DNA of 64,000 bases from Rebecca billardiae RCC1528 (Eukaryota > Protista > Haptophyta), in assembly GCA_965240325.2 (NCBI GenBank), contig OZ251222.1, positions 4,960,001 to 5,024,000 of the forward strand, read 5' to 3'. Both the position numbers and the translations under genes were made by a program. Positions 18,801 through 30,547 of this stretch are shown here, in pieces; the stretch's first letter is position 1; each line of letters opens with the position of its first letter. The notes beneath the pieces were generated by a model. That model did not search any database. It saw only the letters and a list, made by a program, of their open reading frames with translations, and was not told where the DNA came from.

Positions 18801-20035
18801 CCGCCGCCGCCGCCGCCGCCGCGCGCCCGCTGCTCTCGCTCAAGGTGACTGTGCAGCGGCGGGTGCCGCTGGCGGGCTACCTCGTGCTCGGGTGCGCGCT
18901 GCTCGCCGCGTCCGCGTCCGCGCCGCTGTTCGAGGCCATGGGCGAGGGGGTGCCGCCCACGCTGCAGACGCTGTGGCGCGCGATGGCGAGCTGCGCGCTG
19001 CTTGGCCCGCTTGCGCTCGGCCACGTGTGCCGCGCGCCCGCGGTGCGGCGCGCGCTGTGCACGGCGCGCTCGGCGCGGCTCCTCCTCCTCGCCGCCGCGG
19101 GCTCTGTGGTGCAGTGCTGCGCGCTGCTGCTCGCACTGCGCCTCACCTCCGCCTCCTCGGCCGTCCTCTTCACCAACCTCACGCCGCTGCTGCTGCTGGG
19201 ACTCAAGCGCGCGCAGGGGCACGCGCTGAGCGGCCTCGAGGCGGGCGGCGCGCTCGCGGCGATCGGCGGCGCCGTGCTCGTCGCGCTCGGCGGCGGCGCG
19301 CAGCCGGCGGGCGGCGGCGCGCACGCGTCGGCGCGCCACATCCCGTGCGCGGGCGAGCTGGTGGGCGCGCTCGGCAGCGCGGGCGGCGCGCTCTACTTCA
19401 GCGCGGCCAAGCGGCTGCGCGCGCAGCTGCCGCCCGTTGTGCTGTTCGCGTGCGTGTGCGCCGCGTCGGTGCTGCTGCTCGCGCCCTCGCTCGCGCCCAG
19501 CCTGGGCGGCCCGCCCGGCGGCACGCCGCTCGACGCGTCGCGCGCCGGCCTCTTCGGCTGGCTGCGCCCCGAGCGCGACCGGCTGGGCGTGATCGCGCCC
19601 GTCTCGGCGCTGTGCGACGGGCTGGGCAGCCTCGGGTACGTCGTGGCGCTGCGCTACCTGCACCCGCTCACGATCAGCGTGGTCGAGCTCGCCAAGCCGG
19701 TGACCGCGACGCTCGAGGGCTGCGCGCTCGGCACCGACACGCTGCCGCCGCCGCTCGCCGCGCTCGGCGGGCTCGTCGTGATCGGCGGCACGGTCGCGGT
19801 CGTGCTCGCGTCGAGCGGCGCCAAGGCGCACACCGTCGACGCGACCGTCGCGCTCTCCGCGCCGCGCGCGCACGGCGGCGGCGGCGCGCAGCCCGCCGAC
19901 GGGGCGGCGGTCGGCGGCGGCGGCGGCAGCGGCGCGAGCGTGCTCGGCGTGCTGGTCGCCGCGCCGCAGGCGGACGCGGAGCCGAGCGCGACGGCGACGA
20001 CGACGACGTCCGGCGAGGCTGCGTCACGAGTCTAG
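15890..20035 (+). CDS. Nucleotidyltransferase-like (LicC/IPCT-like) domain fused to an EamA/DMT transporter
   Basis: N-terminal VPKELQRVGAHPLL, GHGASLARA, FLLCASDHLFEP, ECGLFL and WLALET fit the NTP_transferase fold. The C-terminal ~10 TM region has LRLTSASSAVLFTNLTP and ALRYLHPLTISVVELAKPV (EamA). The frame is open throughout. Confidence 0.75.
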   Translation: MGDDVARVWSIDLARVASLLQCSEADLVQSLVREGAPVEAQLHTPPPPPADAAGAAAAAAAAAAGPSWESPLDYAPPPSTLRVRRALISCVSRRPALGGALVPKELQRVGAHPLLGLLLRQLADAGVRRVDVVLGGPTAAALREALPLLPAAAHLDLHLVDLGDTYSGGHGASLARARALFSPWERFLLCASDHLFEPALVRRMAEAELPPGVHANVLVEADPAVYAPRELSSTAVRVLAARTHAESGAGPARVLAIGRELVPTAGSELECGLFLVDTEIFPALEDAARRRLSGEGGYTTLAAALQLLARREAVLCTRAAGGQWLALETVAQLRRGRESGAVRSALRLAPPHPAAATPRATPERAAAAAASSPSAEGAEGAEGAEGAEGAEGAEGAGRLPPSAPAAVPRVPSAPAASAAGSGGGGSSSASLRTACSAAAHPQPQPQPQPQPQPALMLGLALDPQPQPQPQPQPVGGGGVGGGGVGGAEGAEVQPLALALAPQPQHEQHPAGWDAGGAAAAVHAAHVPPLQQPSAHALRGVLLQVEPHAQAQAEQEARAAAAEREGAPLEAALEAGGAAGARAAAPRAHGVPRWVRTLAARVERAAPPLLLPREGRRADSAEYSREYEYSREYAVASLTPLRPSTAAPAGGGGGGAPPGAPPAPGRAPEGEGAQGAPGGAGGARARGAPPARRAMSMCASTAAPHAFALALPPPPGALGATEPRGSGRGSSALGASPVQARRASLFGRPPEPDGRAALLGGAFGGADAGSDGGGGGAPDGGHGAPRPSAYLVELPHGHAHGHARQRGGGGAEGGGAEGGCGQLLLAAFEPVAQQPAGVGAGGGSGGLQPLHAQRQHQHPPSASASASASASASSAHAGAAGAPCAGGGARAAGCGWACGVEDALAAPLLGLPLPQLASDITALSLSAAHIRAPPPPPPPRGAEGGGARARWRGAWARRLGRAHRAPPPPEPTAAAAAAARPLLSLKVTVQRRVPLAGYLVLGCALLAASASAPLFEAMGEGVPPTLQTLWRAMASCALLGPLALGHVCRAPAVRRALCTARSARLLLLAAAGSVVQCCALLLALRLTSASSAVLFTNLTPLLLLGLKRAQGHALSGLEAGGALAAIGGAVLVALGGGAQPAGGGAHASARHIPCAGELVGALGSAGGALYFSAAKRLRAQLPPVVLFACVCAASVLLLAPSLAPSLGGPPGGTPLDASRAGLFGWLRPERDRLGVIAPVSALCDGLGSLGYVVALRYLHPLTISVVELAKPVTATLEGCALGTDTLPPPLAALGGLVVIGGTVAVVLASSGAKAHTVDATVALSAPRAHGGGGAQPADGAAVGGGGGSGASVLGVLVAAPQADAEPSATATTTTSGEAASRV

Positions 20036-21146
20036 TGATAGCCGCCTCTGGATCCCGCGCGTCTACTCGCCGGAAACGAATCGATCATCGATATATATCT
20101 GATGATGATACGACGACGAATTCTGATCATCGATTGCACTATATATACATCAGCGGCATCCGATCCGCGACGATCGTATCATCCGCCAGCGCAGCGCCAT
20201 CATCATATATATATATATACACAGCTTGATCAGTGTATACTTATGGCCCGCGGTGCAGGGCGGAGCGCGCAGCGTCGGCAGCGTGGAGCCCGCACCAGCG
20301 GGCCCGAACCACGTTTCAAAAAGATCTTTGATCGTCAAGAAAAAAGGGACGGGGGGCGGCGGAAAAAAAGGGACGGGGGGCGATTTTTAGGGCTGGCGGA
20401 GACCGAGTTTCGAGTTTTAGTGAGATCGCATTGAGAGGTCTATCAGGCCAAAAAAAACCGCGCCCAGCTGATTCCCTTAAGTAAAGTGCGATCTGGACGT
20501 CAGCTGGACGTGACATTAGTGTAACGGTTCGTTACGAGCGAATCGTACTCGTCTTCCCGGATCGCGTGACGTCCGGACTGGGCCACATCCGGATCGTCGG
20601 AGGTGACGTGCCCCGGCACGATGGGCGATGGCGGATATGCGGGACGGCGCCTGCACGTGCCTCCGGACCCGCCTCCCGCTTGCTGCTCACGCAGTCAGCT
20701 GCGACCGTGGCGCATGATCGCAGAAGCAGTGCCGGCAGTACGGCCTGCATCAGCTAGTGCCGCGCCGTCGTGGCGCGCGCGGTACGGTTGCGCGTTTGCA
20801 GCGCTCGCCACTCGCCCTCGGCGACGGCACGCGCGTGCGGCTCAGGTGTGTCAAATGCGGTCTCGTCGGCGCGCTTTCGCCTGCCACCTCGTGCACCCGT
20901 GCCGCCAGTTTCATCGTCTTCATGAGGACTGCTGCTGCTGTCGCCATCCGCTCTCCATCACCCCGAGTCGCCGGTCGCGCGGCGCGCGCGGTAGGCACTA
21001 GGCAGGGCGTACGGTCACTCACCCGTGCAACGGGTCAAGTGGCCAGAGTACGTCTGGTCGTTGGCTGGCACGGGCCGCAGCGCTAAAGCACCCTGCTGTC
21101 ACACCCGACTCCTTCAGTACTCCGAGCTCCGCGGCACGACTCACTC

Positions 21147-21292
21147 GGCACGATCGCGGACGGGTCGGATCCGAGCTGATCAGCCAGAGTTGGACACAGT
21201 TTGGCAGCTACTAGTAGTAATTCCGATGCCGATGGCACGATCGCGGACGGGTCGGATCCGAGCTGATCAGCCAGTTGGACATTTGGCAGCTA
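21147..21292. repeat. Imperfect direct repeat, 2 copies, period 87 bp
   Basis: GGCACGATCGCGGACGGGTCGGATCCGAGCTGATCAGCCAG... occurs at 21147 and 21234. Confidence 0.85.
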
Positions 21293-22042
21293 GTTGTCAG
21301 ACGGACGTCCGATTTGACGACCGGTGCCGGGTGCGGTCTCAGGTCCGCTGCTGTGATTGTGTGAAGTGTGAATGAGTCTCGCGGTCGCGCAGGCAGGGCG
21401 ACGGTCGGACTAATATAGCTTCAGTCATCTCAGAACCGACTTCAACTGGCGAACTGCCACTACGGCGGAGAGCCGCGATTGCACGGCCACCGCGGGCCCC
21501 CAACTGCGTTGATTCTATGCAGAAAAGGACCGCGGAACGCGGTCATATATATATAGCAGTGTCTCATCATCATCATCATCACTGCTGCTAGTGTCGTAAT
21601 ATAACTAGCTAGCAGCTAGTTAAATATTATAATACAGTGCCTCGTCTGACGACCTCGGCCCGTTGCATATGACTTATTATGCGCATGATGATCGGCCATC
21701 ACATTCACAACTCAAGTACGACTGTCGTCCGGAGAGTGTCGTAATCGTCACGGACACGGTACGGTACCGGACGCCTTCCGCGTTGGCGCCGCGCCGGAAG
21801 CGGCTTGCCCCGGACGATGGCGCTGCATGCTGCGCTGCGGTCGAAAGCATCGCCGGCGCCAGCCCGACTCACGGTAGGCGCCCCGCCGAGCCAGTCGTCC
21901 GGCGTGTTGAAGCGATGAGGCTGAGCGCGCCGTGCAGCAGCCAGTGGACGAGCGGTGTGGCCAGCCGGCGGTGGAGCCGTCGTCGTCGCGCGCCGGCTGC
22001 CGCTTGGGCGGCCTCCGAGTCGCGAGCACAGCCGCCCCTCTC

Positions 22043-22902
22043 TCAGCTGGGCGGCAGCTCGGCGTCGGAGAGCACCTTCCCCGCCTTGTGCACGGTGGGC
22101 AGCACGTCTGGCTTGGAGATCTGACCGGACGGCTGGCCGCATAGGCTCAGCCCCACCACACCCGTGCGCGACATCTCGACGATCTCGAACTTGTCCATCA
22201 GCTTGAGGAACGAGTCGACCTTGGTGGGGCTGTCCGCCACCTTGATCAGCAGCTCGTCCGCGCTCACGTCGAGCACCTCCGCGCGGAAGAGGTTGGAGAG
22301 CTCGACGATGCGCGCGCGCGTGCCCACCACCTTGGTCGCCAGCTTGACGAGCAGCAGGTCGGTCAGCGCCGACTTGTCCGGCGTGAGCTCGACGACCTCG
22401 CGCACCTGGCGCGGGGCGCGGGGCGTGCCGCGCGGGCGGGCCGAGGCGCGTCTCGGCGGACGGCCACGCCGCGCGAGCGGCCGCGCGCTGCGCGCTAGGT
22501 GCGCGAGGGCGCGCGCCAAGCCCCCGAGCGCGCGCGCGCGCACACGCGCACACCTGCACCATCGCCTCCATCTGCCGGCGCAGCTGGTCGAGCTTCGAGA
22601 ACGTGCCCGAGCTCACGATGGTCATTCGAGAGAGACCGTCCATATTTGTTGTGCCCTGCGCCGGCGGGACCGCCGGTGTGGGCGCCGCATGAGCGCGCGC
22701 TCCGCGCGGCCGCACGCGCTGCGCGCGAGACGCGCGCGCGTACAACGACGAGCGAGTCGATGTTGAAGCCGCGCGCGGAGAAGAAGCCGGAGATGCGCGA
22801 GAGCACGCCAGGCTCGTCCACCACGAGAGCCGCGAACGTCTTCTTCAGCATCGGCTGCTGCGCCGTGGCGACCGTCCGGCGGAAGAGCCGAGATGCAAGC
22901 AT
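22043..22902 (-). CDS. ILV6: Acetolactate synthase small (regulatory) subunit, 3 exons
   Basis: ACT motif DEPGVLSRISGFFSARGFNIDSLVV, then SRMTIV, LLLVKL, EMSRTG and C-terminal LPPS. GT-AG introns at 22656-22743 and 22406-22553. Mitochondrial-type presequence. Confidence 0.92.
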
Positions 22903-24160
22903 GGCGCCTCTCGAGCGGCCGGCCACGTGGGGCTCCACTGCGTGGGGTTGATGTTTGGTGATTGTGGCCTCTGACCTCTCATCGGCTGACAATGAGGCAG
23001 CCATGCTGAGCATCACAGCGGCTTTTTCTCGCGGTCGGCGTTTTTTCTCGTCCCCGCATTTTCACGTCATCACGTGCTCGTAAAGTTGTCACACGGGCGC
23101 GGGCACTCCAGCCCCGGGCAGCCGGCGCCGCCCAGTGCTGGCGAGGGCCGCTTCTGAGCGCGGGCGCGACTCTGCATGCGCGCCATACTCCTCGTTCCTT
23201 GGGAGCCCTTTCACCCGCGGCCGGCGTCGCCGAGCACGCGCCGTCCGGCAAGGCGCGCGTACTCGGCTACTCGCATGCATGCCGCCTAGACTGCCGCACC
23301 GGACGGCGAGGCTGCCACCTCGGAAGAGACGGAGCCAGCCGTCCGGCGGTCGAGTTGGCTACCTCACTGTGCTGCCGAGTTTGCGCGCCGTCTTCAAACG
23401 ACCCGCTCGTGCCGCGCCTGGTGAGTATGCGAGGGGCGCGCGCACCCCGCGTCTGATGCAGCCGATGGTGGGCGGTACAGCGTCAGCGGGCAGGTCGCCC
23501 AACGCCGCGTGTCAGCTTGGCACCACGCAAGACGAGCTCGCGCGGTGGCTCACCCTCCGCCTGGAAACGCTTGACAGCCGGACGATCGCGCGTGCTGCGG
23601 CAGACACATGCGTCTGATGCGACGCCCCGACGCCCGGCTACACCGCTGCAGCGGCCAAGGTGAAGCGGCAAGCGCGCTCAAGTTCAGGCTGCGAGGCGAG
23701 CTTTCAGCTTGTGTGCGTGAAGTATGACTGGATGAATCGCGGATGAAACAGTCGCGAGGAAAACTACTCCGCACTCAACCGCCGAGTAGGTGATGATTAC
23801 ATGGGGGTACACCGTTTTGTATGGCCCCAAGCTCGGCGGCCTGGGCGCGAAGCGTCTGATTGGCCCACGATCCCTGTGTCGTTATGTCTTTTGTAGCGCC
23901 GTGCTCGGGAGCGGTTATGGGCCGATCAAAACGAGCGGCCCGCGAGTATCGGCGCTCATAGTGCAGCGCTGGCGCAGTGCTTTGCGGCGGCGTGGCCGTT
24001 TGACCACTGCGCGCGAAGCGTCACATGTAGCGGCACCCAACCCCGCAGCGGCTCAAACAAAAAACTTGTCGGTACAGTAGGTCGAACTGGCCACACCCCC
24101 GCGCCGGCTGCCAACCGCCTCTCTCCGCTCGCCGTCCACCTGCCCTTCCAGCCCACCGCG

Positions 24161-24982
24161 ATGCACCGCGCCGCACTCTTCGGGCTCAGCGTCCTCGCGG
24201 TGTCGACGAGCGGCGAGGTGGTGAAGAGCCGCATCGCCGCCTCACGCGCGCGCGTCGCCGCCTCGCCCGCCGCGAGGGCCACCACCTGCGAGCCGAGCGT
24301 GGAGGCGCCGTGCAGCCTGCCGTCGATCGAGGTGCACAAGAAGACGCCGCACACCGCGCCCATGCACCACCCGGACACGCCGTACTGGTTCCACCCGAAG
24401 ATCCACAACCTGGGGAACGTCGGCCTCGGCGGCCGCCTGCACGCGCTCGTCGCGCCCTTCGCCACCTACCTCATCGACCTGCTCGCGTACGAGGGCAAGG
24501 ACGCGCGCGGGCTGGTGCACAAGACGATCGAGCCCGCGCTCTCCGTCGTCGACCTGTGCTGCGGCGTGGGCTTCTCAACGACGAAGGGGGCGACGGCGGT
24601 GGACACGTCGCGCGAGATGATCGACGTCGCCAAGCTGCTCCGGCCCGACGCCACCTTCGTGCAGGGCAACGCCGAGACGTGGGGCGAGGACGGCTGCACG
24701 GACGTGGTGACCGTGATGTTTGGCATGCACGAGATCCCGAGGGACGGCCGGCGGCGCGTGCTGGCGAACGCGGCGCGGCTGGCGAAGAAGCGCGTGGTCG
24801 TCGTGGACATCGACCCGTCGTACGCCCCCTCCGAGACCATGCTCTCGGGCGAGCCGTACGTGCGCGACTACCTGCGGCACATCGACTCGGACATCGCGGA
24901 GGTGGCGCGCACGCGCGCGGTCCGCTCGATGCGCGTCAACGTGGTGCCCGGCCACGTCGTCATGTGGAGGCTCGACTTGTGA
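24161..24982 (+). CDS. Class I SAM-dependent methyltransferase (UbiE/MenG-like) with N-terminal targeting peptide
   Basis: VVDLCCGVG, AVDTSREMI, GNAE, MFGMHEIP and VVVDI motifs. Hydrophobic N-terminus. Confidence 0.85.
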   Translation: MHRAALFGLSVLAVSTSGEVVKSRIAASRARVAASPAARATTCEPSVEAPCSLPSIEVHKKTPHTAPMHHPDTPYWFHPKIHNLGNVGLGGRLHALVAPFATYLIDLLAYEGKDARGLVHKTIEPALSVVDLCCGVGFSTTKGATAVDTSREMIDVAKLLRPDATFVQGNAETWGEDGCTDVVTVMFGMHEIPRDGRRRVLANAARLAKKRVVVVDIDPSYAPSETMLSGEPYVRDYLRHIDSDIAEVARTRAVRSMRVNVVPGHVVMWRLDL

Positions 24983-25394
24983 GGGCGACGGGAGCGCGCA
25001 CGGCACGCGCGGCGCTGGAGGAGCGCGCGCGCGCGCCAGCGCACGGGCCGGGCGGGGGCGGGCCGCGGGGCCAGGCCCGGGCGGCAGGGCGGGCAGGGAA
25101 GGGCCAAGCGGCATCAGCGTATTTGGTGCGGCCGTGACTCGGCCGTCGGCGTCGGCCGTCGGCGCAGCAGAGCCGCCGGGGGCGCGCTCTGCTATCAGCA
25201 GGCAATATCATCAGCGGCGCGCGGCACGAGACGGCAACGCCGCGGCGCCATCAGTGGAAAGAGCGTACACGGCAGCCAGTCATCGTCGTTATATATATAT
25301 ATGTCTAGCCGTCCTCGAAGCGCCTGCGCCATCCAGATGCAGCGAGGAGGCGAGGCACACGCCGGGCAGGGCGGAGCCACGCTGCGAGATACCA

Positions 25395-25396
<2 letters not shown>

Positions 25397-25430
<34 letters not shown>
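25397..25430. repeat. (CT)n microsatellite
   Basis: Perfect CT dinucleotide run. Confidence 0.95.
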
Positions 25431-25433
<3 letters not shown>

Positions 25434-27492
25434 CATTGAATTATAAGGGATTTTTGTTCCTCGGAAACAAAGTGCGAGCGGCAGCCGCGCAGGCCGAGCG
25501 CGCAGCTTGGAAGACGCAGCTCGAGAGCCGCCAAGCCGCACGAGAGCGAGGCACGAGGCACCATCGTGCAGAGGCGGGCGCCCTGAAAGATGCGGGCCCA
25601 GAACAGCTGCAGCCATCAGGACAGTGGGCGCTTCCGAAACGAAGGGCGTCGTCCGCTGCGTGAGCGAGAGAGACACAGGGCCGCGTCGGTCGGCTCGGCG
25701 CCAGATGAAAGAATCCAGGCCACCAATTGGCTGTCCAGAGCCACCATCACCATGCCAACCCGCTCAAAGCTCAGGAGCAGCACAACGAGCTACGTTAGTT
25801 CTACTGGGCCGTTGCAGTGCGCGCGCACAGAGCAGGCTCGTCAAAAGACCCTCGTGGCACGAGAAGATTAGGGTGGCCAAGATAGCAGCCGGACTTGCGC
25901 TCGGCCGCCTGCCTCGGGCCGATTGGCAGCGGCAGGTGTTGATACCATACGGCGCATTGCGCGCGCTCCCATCACCGTCCTCTTCGACAATATATATATA
26001 TATAATCATCATCGGCTCCGGATTCGGTTGACCCCTGCCAGTGGCGGGCATTCTGAGAACCGAGTCGAAGTCACTCGAGCGGACCATATAGCCGGGTCCC
26101 TCCCGACCCCGGATTGATGACTTCAAAGCGACATTGAGCATACACCCACCTCCCAATATGTTTCAGGCTCAATTTTTATAAGTGACACATACAGAAATCT
26201 GACCGAAATCCGAAACATGGGTAAATGCATATTGACGCGGGTATTTCTGACGGAACTTGTATTCCATTCATGCATCGACGTGATACGCACGCCATGACCA
26301 TGTCACGCCTCACGGCAGCTCACCGCCCCGCACTTGCGAGCGCGCTCTGGTTGGTCAGCTGCGCGCGCATAGCATTGTGCCGCGCTCTTCTCTCAGCTGG
26401 TACACCGCCAGACGCGGCCGCTCCGCCGCCGCTGCCGCGTGCCTCCGCCTCGTGCCGCGTGCTGGGGCGCCGCTGAAAGTCAGGCGTGATCGGTTGCACG
26501 GGCGTGAGCACGACAACGCCGCGGACGATCGTGTCGCTCTCGATCTCGCCGGTGCCCAGCTCGCGCGAGCGCCGGTCAAGATCCATGCGCGCGTATCGCT
26601 TGAAATCAGACTCGCCCCCCCATCGTCCACCACTGCCCGTCCGCCTCCTTCTGCCGCTTGCTGCTTGTCTCGGGCTCGTGAGTCGCCCTCGTCGCGACTT
26701 GCAGTGTCGAGCGCGTAAGGATCACAAAGTACTCGTCCAGACAGAGAGGCCTGAGCATATCGACGACGAGATGGAAAAGCATCCGCTCCATCGTGTTGTG
26801 CGTCCTCGACATGTTCACCTTGATCTGATTGCAGAGGTCCGGAGACGGCGCAACGTGCAGAGAGGCTTGCACCGACCGTGGTGCACTGACGAGGTCGTGT
26901 CAGACACCGTGTGCACGATCTCCAGGTCACGCGCGACCGCAAAGAGGTGCTCGGCATCGCGGTCGCCAAGATTACCTCCCAGCTGTTCGTCCGAGACGTC
27001 GGTGTCGAACACGATGGGCACGTCCAACGCGACCCGCGCCCGCACCACCATAGTGGGCAAAAGGCCAATAAAAGTACCCGGACTCCCAGTAGAAATGGTG
27101 AAAATCGGGCTCTGGCGCCGTGTAAAAACAAGCGATCGCGGCAAACGGTGCGGATTCGCGCTCAGCTCGCCAACCCGAGTCCAGCAAGCCTTCGACCGCC
27201 TCCGTGCGACCTCGCGAAGGTCGTTTTCATTTTCGGTACGCCCGGTTTCTATGACCGGACTGGCAGGGGTCAACCGAAGCCGGAGCCCATCATCAGTTAT
27301 TATTGTGCCATCCACATACATTATGAGATTATCATCCGGCATATCTATCATCCGCGCCTGCTCAGCAGACGGTCAGATCATCCGAGCGGCGGCGGTTATT
27401 CTGACGATCTGCTTACGTACTATACTCATCATCTTCAGCGCGCACGTAGTGCTCAGCAGTGTCAGAGTGTCAGACTGTGTCAGTCATCAGAT

Positions 27493-30375
27493 TCAGCAGC
27501 TCGTCTCCCGCCGGCCTGGCGCAGGCGGGCCCCACTTGACGCGCCGCAGCTCGGCCCGAGAGGCGCCCGCGCTCAGCTGCTTCAAGAAGCGGCTCGGCTC
27601 GAGCTCGCGCTGGCCGCCGCCCCACTCGAAGCCGGCTCGCTTGTCCGACCAGATGGCGGCCCGCTCCCGCCGCAGCACGTACAGCCGGTCCGTGGCGCGC
27701 GTGAGTGCCACGTACACCAGCCTGCGCTCCTCCGCCTCGCGCGCCGCCTCAGAGTCAGAGGCGTCAGAGGCGTCGGAGGCGTGGGCGTGGGGCTCGGCCC
27801 CGAGGGCGTGTGCGGCCGTTGGGCCGAGCATCGGGAGCGAGCCCTCCTCCGCGCACACGAGCAGCACGCACGCCCACTCCAGCCCCTTGGCGGCGTGCAC
27901 CGTCGAGAGCCACACCGCGTCCACCGCGGCAGGCTCCTCCTCCGCCTCCGCCTCCGTCGCGCCGAGAGCCAGCAGCGCGGCCGCGCCCTCCGCGCTGGCG
28001 GGGTGCTGGGCGGCCATGCTGCACAGCGCGTCCAGCCGGCGCTGCCGCGCGTCCGCCTGCTCGCGCTCGGCCTCGGTTGCGTTGGGCGCCGCCGCGTAGT
28101 GCGCGCGCACGCCGCTGCACTCGAGCACCACCTGCACCGCGTCGCCGAGGTCGGGCGCCCGCGCGCCGCCGTCCGCACCGCCGCCGCCGTCCGCTGCCGT
28201 GAGCGATGCTGGCAGCCGCGCGCGCGTGCGTGCGAGCGCCTCTGCCCAGGGCGCGATGCGCTTGGCGGCGCCGGCGCTGAGCGGGCACGCCTCGCGGAGC
28301 TCGCGCAGCGCCGCCTCGTCGAGCAGCGCGTCGTGCGGCGCGGCCGCGCGCGCCTCCGCCACCGCCCCCTGCGGCGCGAGCGCTAGCAGCAGCTGGCTCA
28401 GCCGAGCGGCGCCGCTGGGGGCGGTGGGGGCGCGCGGCGCGGCGCCGGCGGCGGGCGCGGAGGCGGCGGGCGCGGAGGCGGGGTCGGCGAGCACGGAGCG
28501 CAGCGCGCCCGCGACGGCGGCCTGCGCCGACCCGCCGCGCCCCGCTGCCCCCGCCGCGCCGTCCGCCTCCCACCAGCCCAGCAGCGCCTCGAGCGTGCGC
28601 GCGCCCACGCCCCGCCCCGGCGTGGCCGCCGCCCTGCGCGCCGCCTCCGCGCACCCGCCGCCGCTGCTGCCGCTGCCGCTGCTGCCGCTGCTGCCGCTGC
28701 TGCCGCTGCACAGCGCGAGCTGCAGGTGGGCGCGCGCGGCGGCCACCTCGGCGCGGGACCAGAACGAGGTGGACGCCGGGCGGTACACGGGCACGCCCGC
28801 GCACCGCAGCGCGCGCTCGATGGGTATGAGCTGCCGGTTCGTGCGCGCGAGCACGCTCACAGCGTGCAGCGGCAGCGGCCGCGCGCCGTCGGCGGCACCC
28901 GCCGGCCGCGGCGCCGCGCCGCGCGGCCGCGCGCCCTCGGCCGCGGGCAGCGCGCACAGCGCTCGCACGGTGCGCTCGATGAAGCCCGCCTGCGCCGTCG
29001 CGTCGGGCACACGCACGAGCGTGACGGGCCGCGCGGCGGCGCGCGCGCGCCCGGGCGCGGCCACGGTCGCGGCTGGCGCGCGCTGCAGCAGCGCGCTCGC
29101 CGCCGCGCACACCGGGTGCGGGCAGCGGTAGTTGTGCCGCAGCGCCAGCACAGCCGCGCCGCTGAAGTCGGCGAGCAGCCGCCGCTGCGTCTCCGCGCCC
29201 AGCGCGCCGCGGAACGCGTAGATCGACTGGTCCGCGTCGCCCACGACGAAGAGCGAGCGCGCCTCGCCCCCTTCGCCCTGCGGCAGCGGCTGCGTCGGCC
29301 GCGCCAGCGGCTGCGCCAGCGGCTGCGCCAGCGGCTGTGCCAGCGGCTGCGCCAGCGGCTGTGCCAGCGTCCTCAGCAGCTCGTACTGCGCCGTCGACGT
29401 GTCCTGGAACTCGTCGACGAGCACGTGCGCCCAGCGCGCGCGCGCGCGCTCGGCGCAGCCCTCCACGTCCCTCAGCGCGCGCAGCGCCAGCGCCTGCAGG
29501 TCGTCGTAGTCGAGCTGGTTGGAGGCGCGCAGACGCAGCTCGTACGCGCGCACCAGCCGCGCCACACGGGAGGGGGGCGCGGCGCCGGGCGCGGAGAGGG
29601 ACTTGTGCCGCGAGATCTGGCGCAGCGCCTCGGCGGGCTTGAGGGTCTCGTGCAGCCCCGTCTCGTCCAGCACCTCCCGCACCAGCGCGCGCTGCGCGCT
29701 CGCGTCCGCCACGCCGAAGCGCGCGTCGACGGCCGCCAGCGCCTCGAGCGCGTCCGCGGGCAGCCGCGCCGCGCCGTGCGCGGTCGGCGGCAGCCCGTGC
29801 GCGGCGCAGAGCTGGAGCGTGTGCAGCGCGCGGTGGTGCTCGTCGCTCAGCCCGAGCTCGAAGAGCAGCGCGCGCGCGCACCACGAGTGTATCGTGCAGC
29901 AGCGCACCGCCGCCGCCGCCTCGTCGCCGAGCAGCGCGGCCAGCCTGCGGCGCATCTCCGCGGCCGCCTTGTTCGTGAACGTGAGCGCGAGCACGCTGGA
30001 CGGGCGGACGGCGGCGCGCGGCTGCGTGAGGAGCGCGGCGACGCGGTGCGTGAGCACGCGCGTCTTCCCCGAGCCCGGCCCCGCCGAGACGCACGTCACG
30101 CCGTGCAGCGGCGCGCCGACCGCCGCGGCCTGCGCCTCGTCCAGCCCGGCGCGCAGCGCGGCGGGCAGGGCGAGGCCGGCGCTGCCCGAGGGCGCGCACG
30201 CCGTCGAGCACGCGCGGACGCGCGCGGCGTAGCATCGGTGCGGCGAGGGCGCGGGGCGCGCGGGCGCGCGCGCCGACACGCGCGCGACGTGCATCAGCAG
30301 CGCGGCGTGCGCCCACCAGCGCGCCGACACGCCCGCCATCCTCGCCGGCCGCCAGCGAAAGGCGCTTTTTACCAT
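27493..30375 (-). CDS. UvrD/PcrA/Rep-like SF1 DNA helicase, possibly organelle-targeted
   Basis: [74 protein letters not shown] and PSRFL motifs. N-terminal extension. Confidence 0.92.
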   Translation of the reverse strand: MVKSAFRWRPARMAGVSARWWAHAALLMHVARVSARAPARPAPSPHRCYAARVRACSTACAPSGSAGLALPAALRAGLDEAQAAAVGAPLHGVTCVSAGPGSGKTRVLTHRVAALLTQPRAAVRPSSVLALTFTNKAAAEMRRRLAALLGDEAAAAVRCCTIHSWCARALLFELGLSDEHHRALHTLQLCAAHGLPPTAHGAARLPADALEALAAVDARFGVADASAQRALVREVLDETGLHETLKPAEALRQISRHKSLSAPGAAPPSRVARLVRAYELRLRASNQLDYDDLQALALRALRDVEGCAERARARWAHVLVDEFQDTSTAQYELLRTLAQPLAQPLAQPLAQPLAQPLARPTQPLPQGEGGEARSLFVVGDADQSIYAFRGALGAETQRRLLADFSGAAVLALRHNYRCPHPVCAAASALLQRAPAATVAAPGRARAAARPVTLVRVPDATAQAGFIERTVRALCALPAAEGARPRGAAPRPAGAADGARPLPLHAVSVLARTNRQLIPIERALRCAGVPVYRPASTSFWSRAEVAAARAHLQLALCSGSSGSSGSSGSGSSGGGCAEAARRAAATPGRGVGARTLEALLGWWEADGAAGAAGRGGSAQAAVAGALRSVLADPASAPAASAPAAGAAPRAPTAPSGAARLSQLLLALAPQGAVAEARAAAPHDALLDEAALRELREACPLSAGAAKRIAPWAEALARTRARLPASLTAADGGGGADGGARAPDLGDAVQVVLECSGVRAHYAAAPNATEAEREQADARQRRLDALCSMAAQHPASAEGAAALLALGATEAEAEEEPAAVDAVWLSTVHAAKGLEWACVLLVCAEEGSLPMLGPTAAHALGAEPHAHASDASDASDSEAAREAEERRLVYVALTRATDRLYVLRRERAAIWSDKRAGFEWGGGQRELEPSRFLKQLSAGASRAELRRVKWGPPAPGRRETSC

Positions 30376-30547
30376 ACCCCCCGCTCAAATCGCCGCGCCG
30401 ACGCCCGCCCGGACCGGCTCGGTGCCCGTCCGGCGCGTTCAAAACCCCGACGCCACTTTGGGTGGGCGAGACCAGTACAACGGCGGCCCTTCGAACAGCT
30501 TGCTGCCTTTCGACCGACCGAGTCCCTTCGCACCTCCTGCCTGCGTC

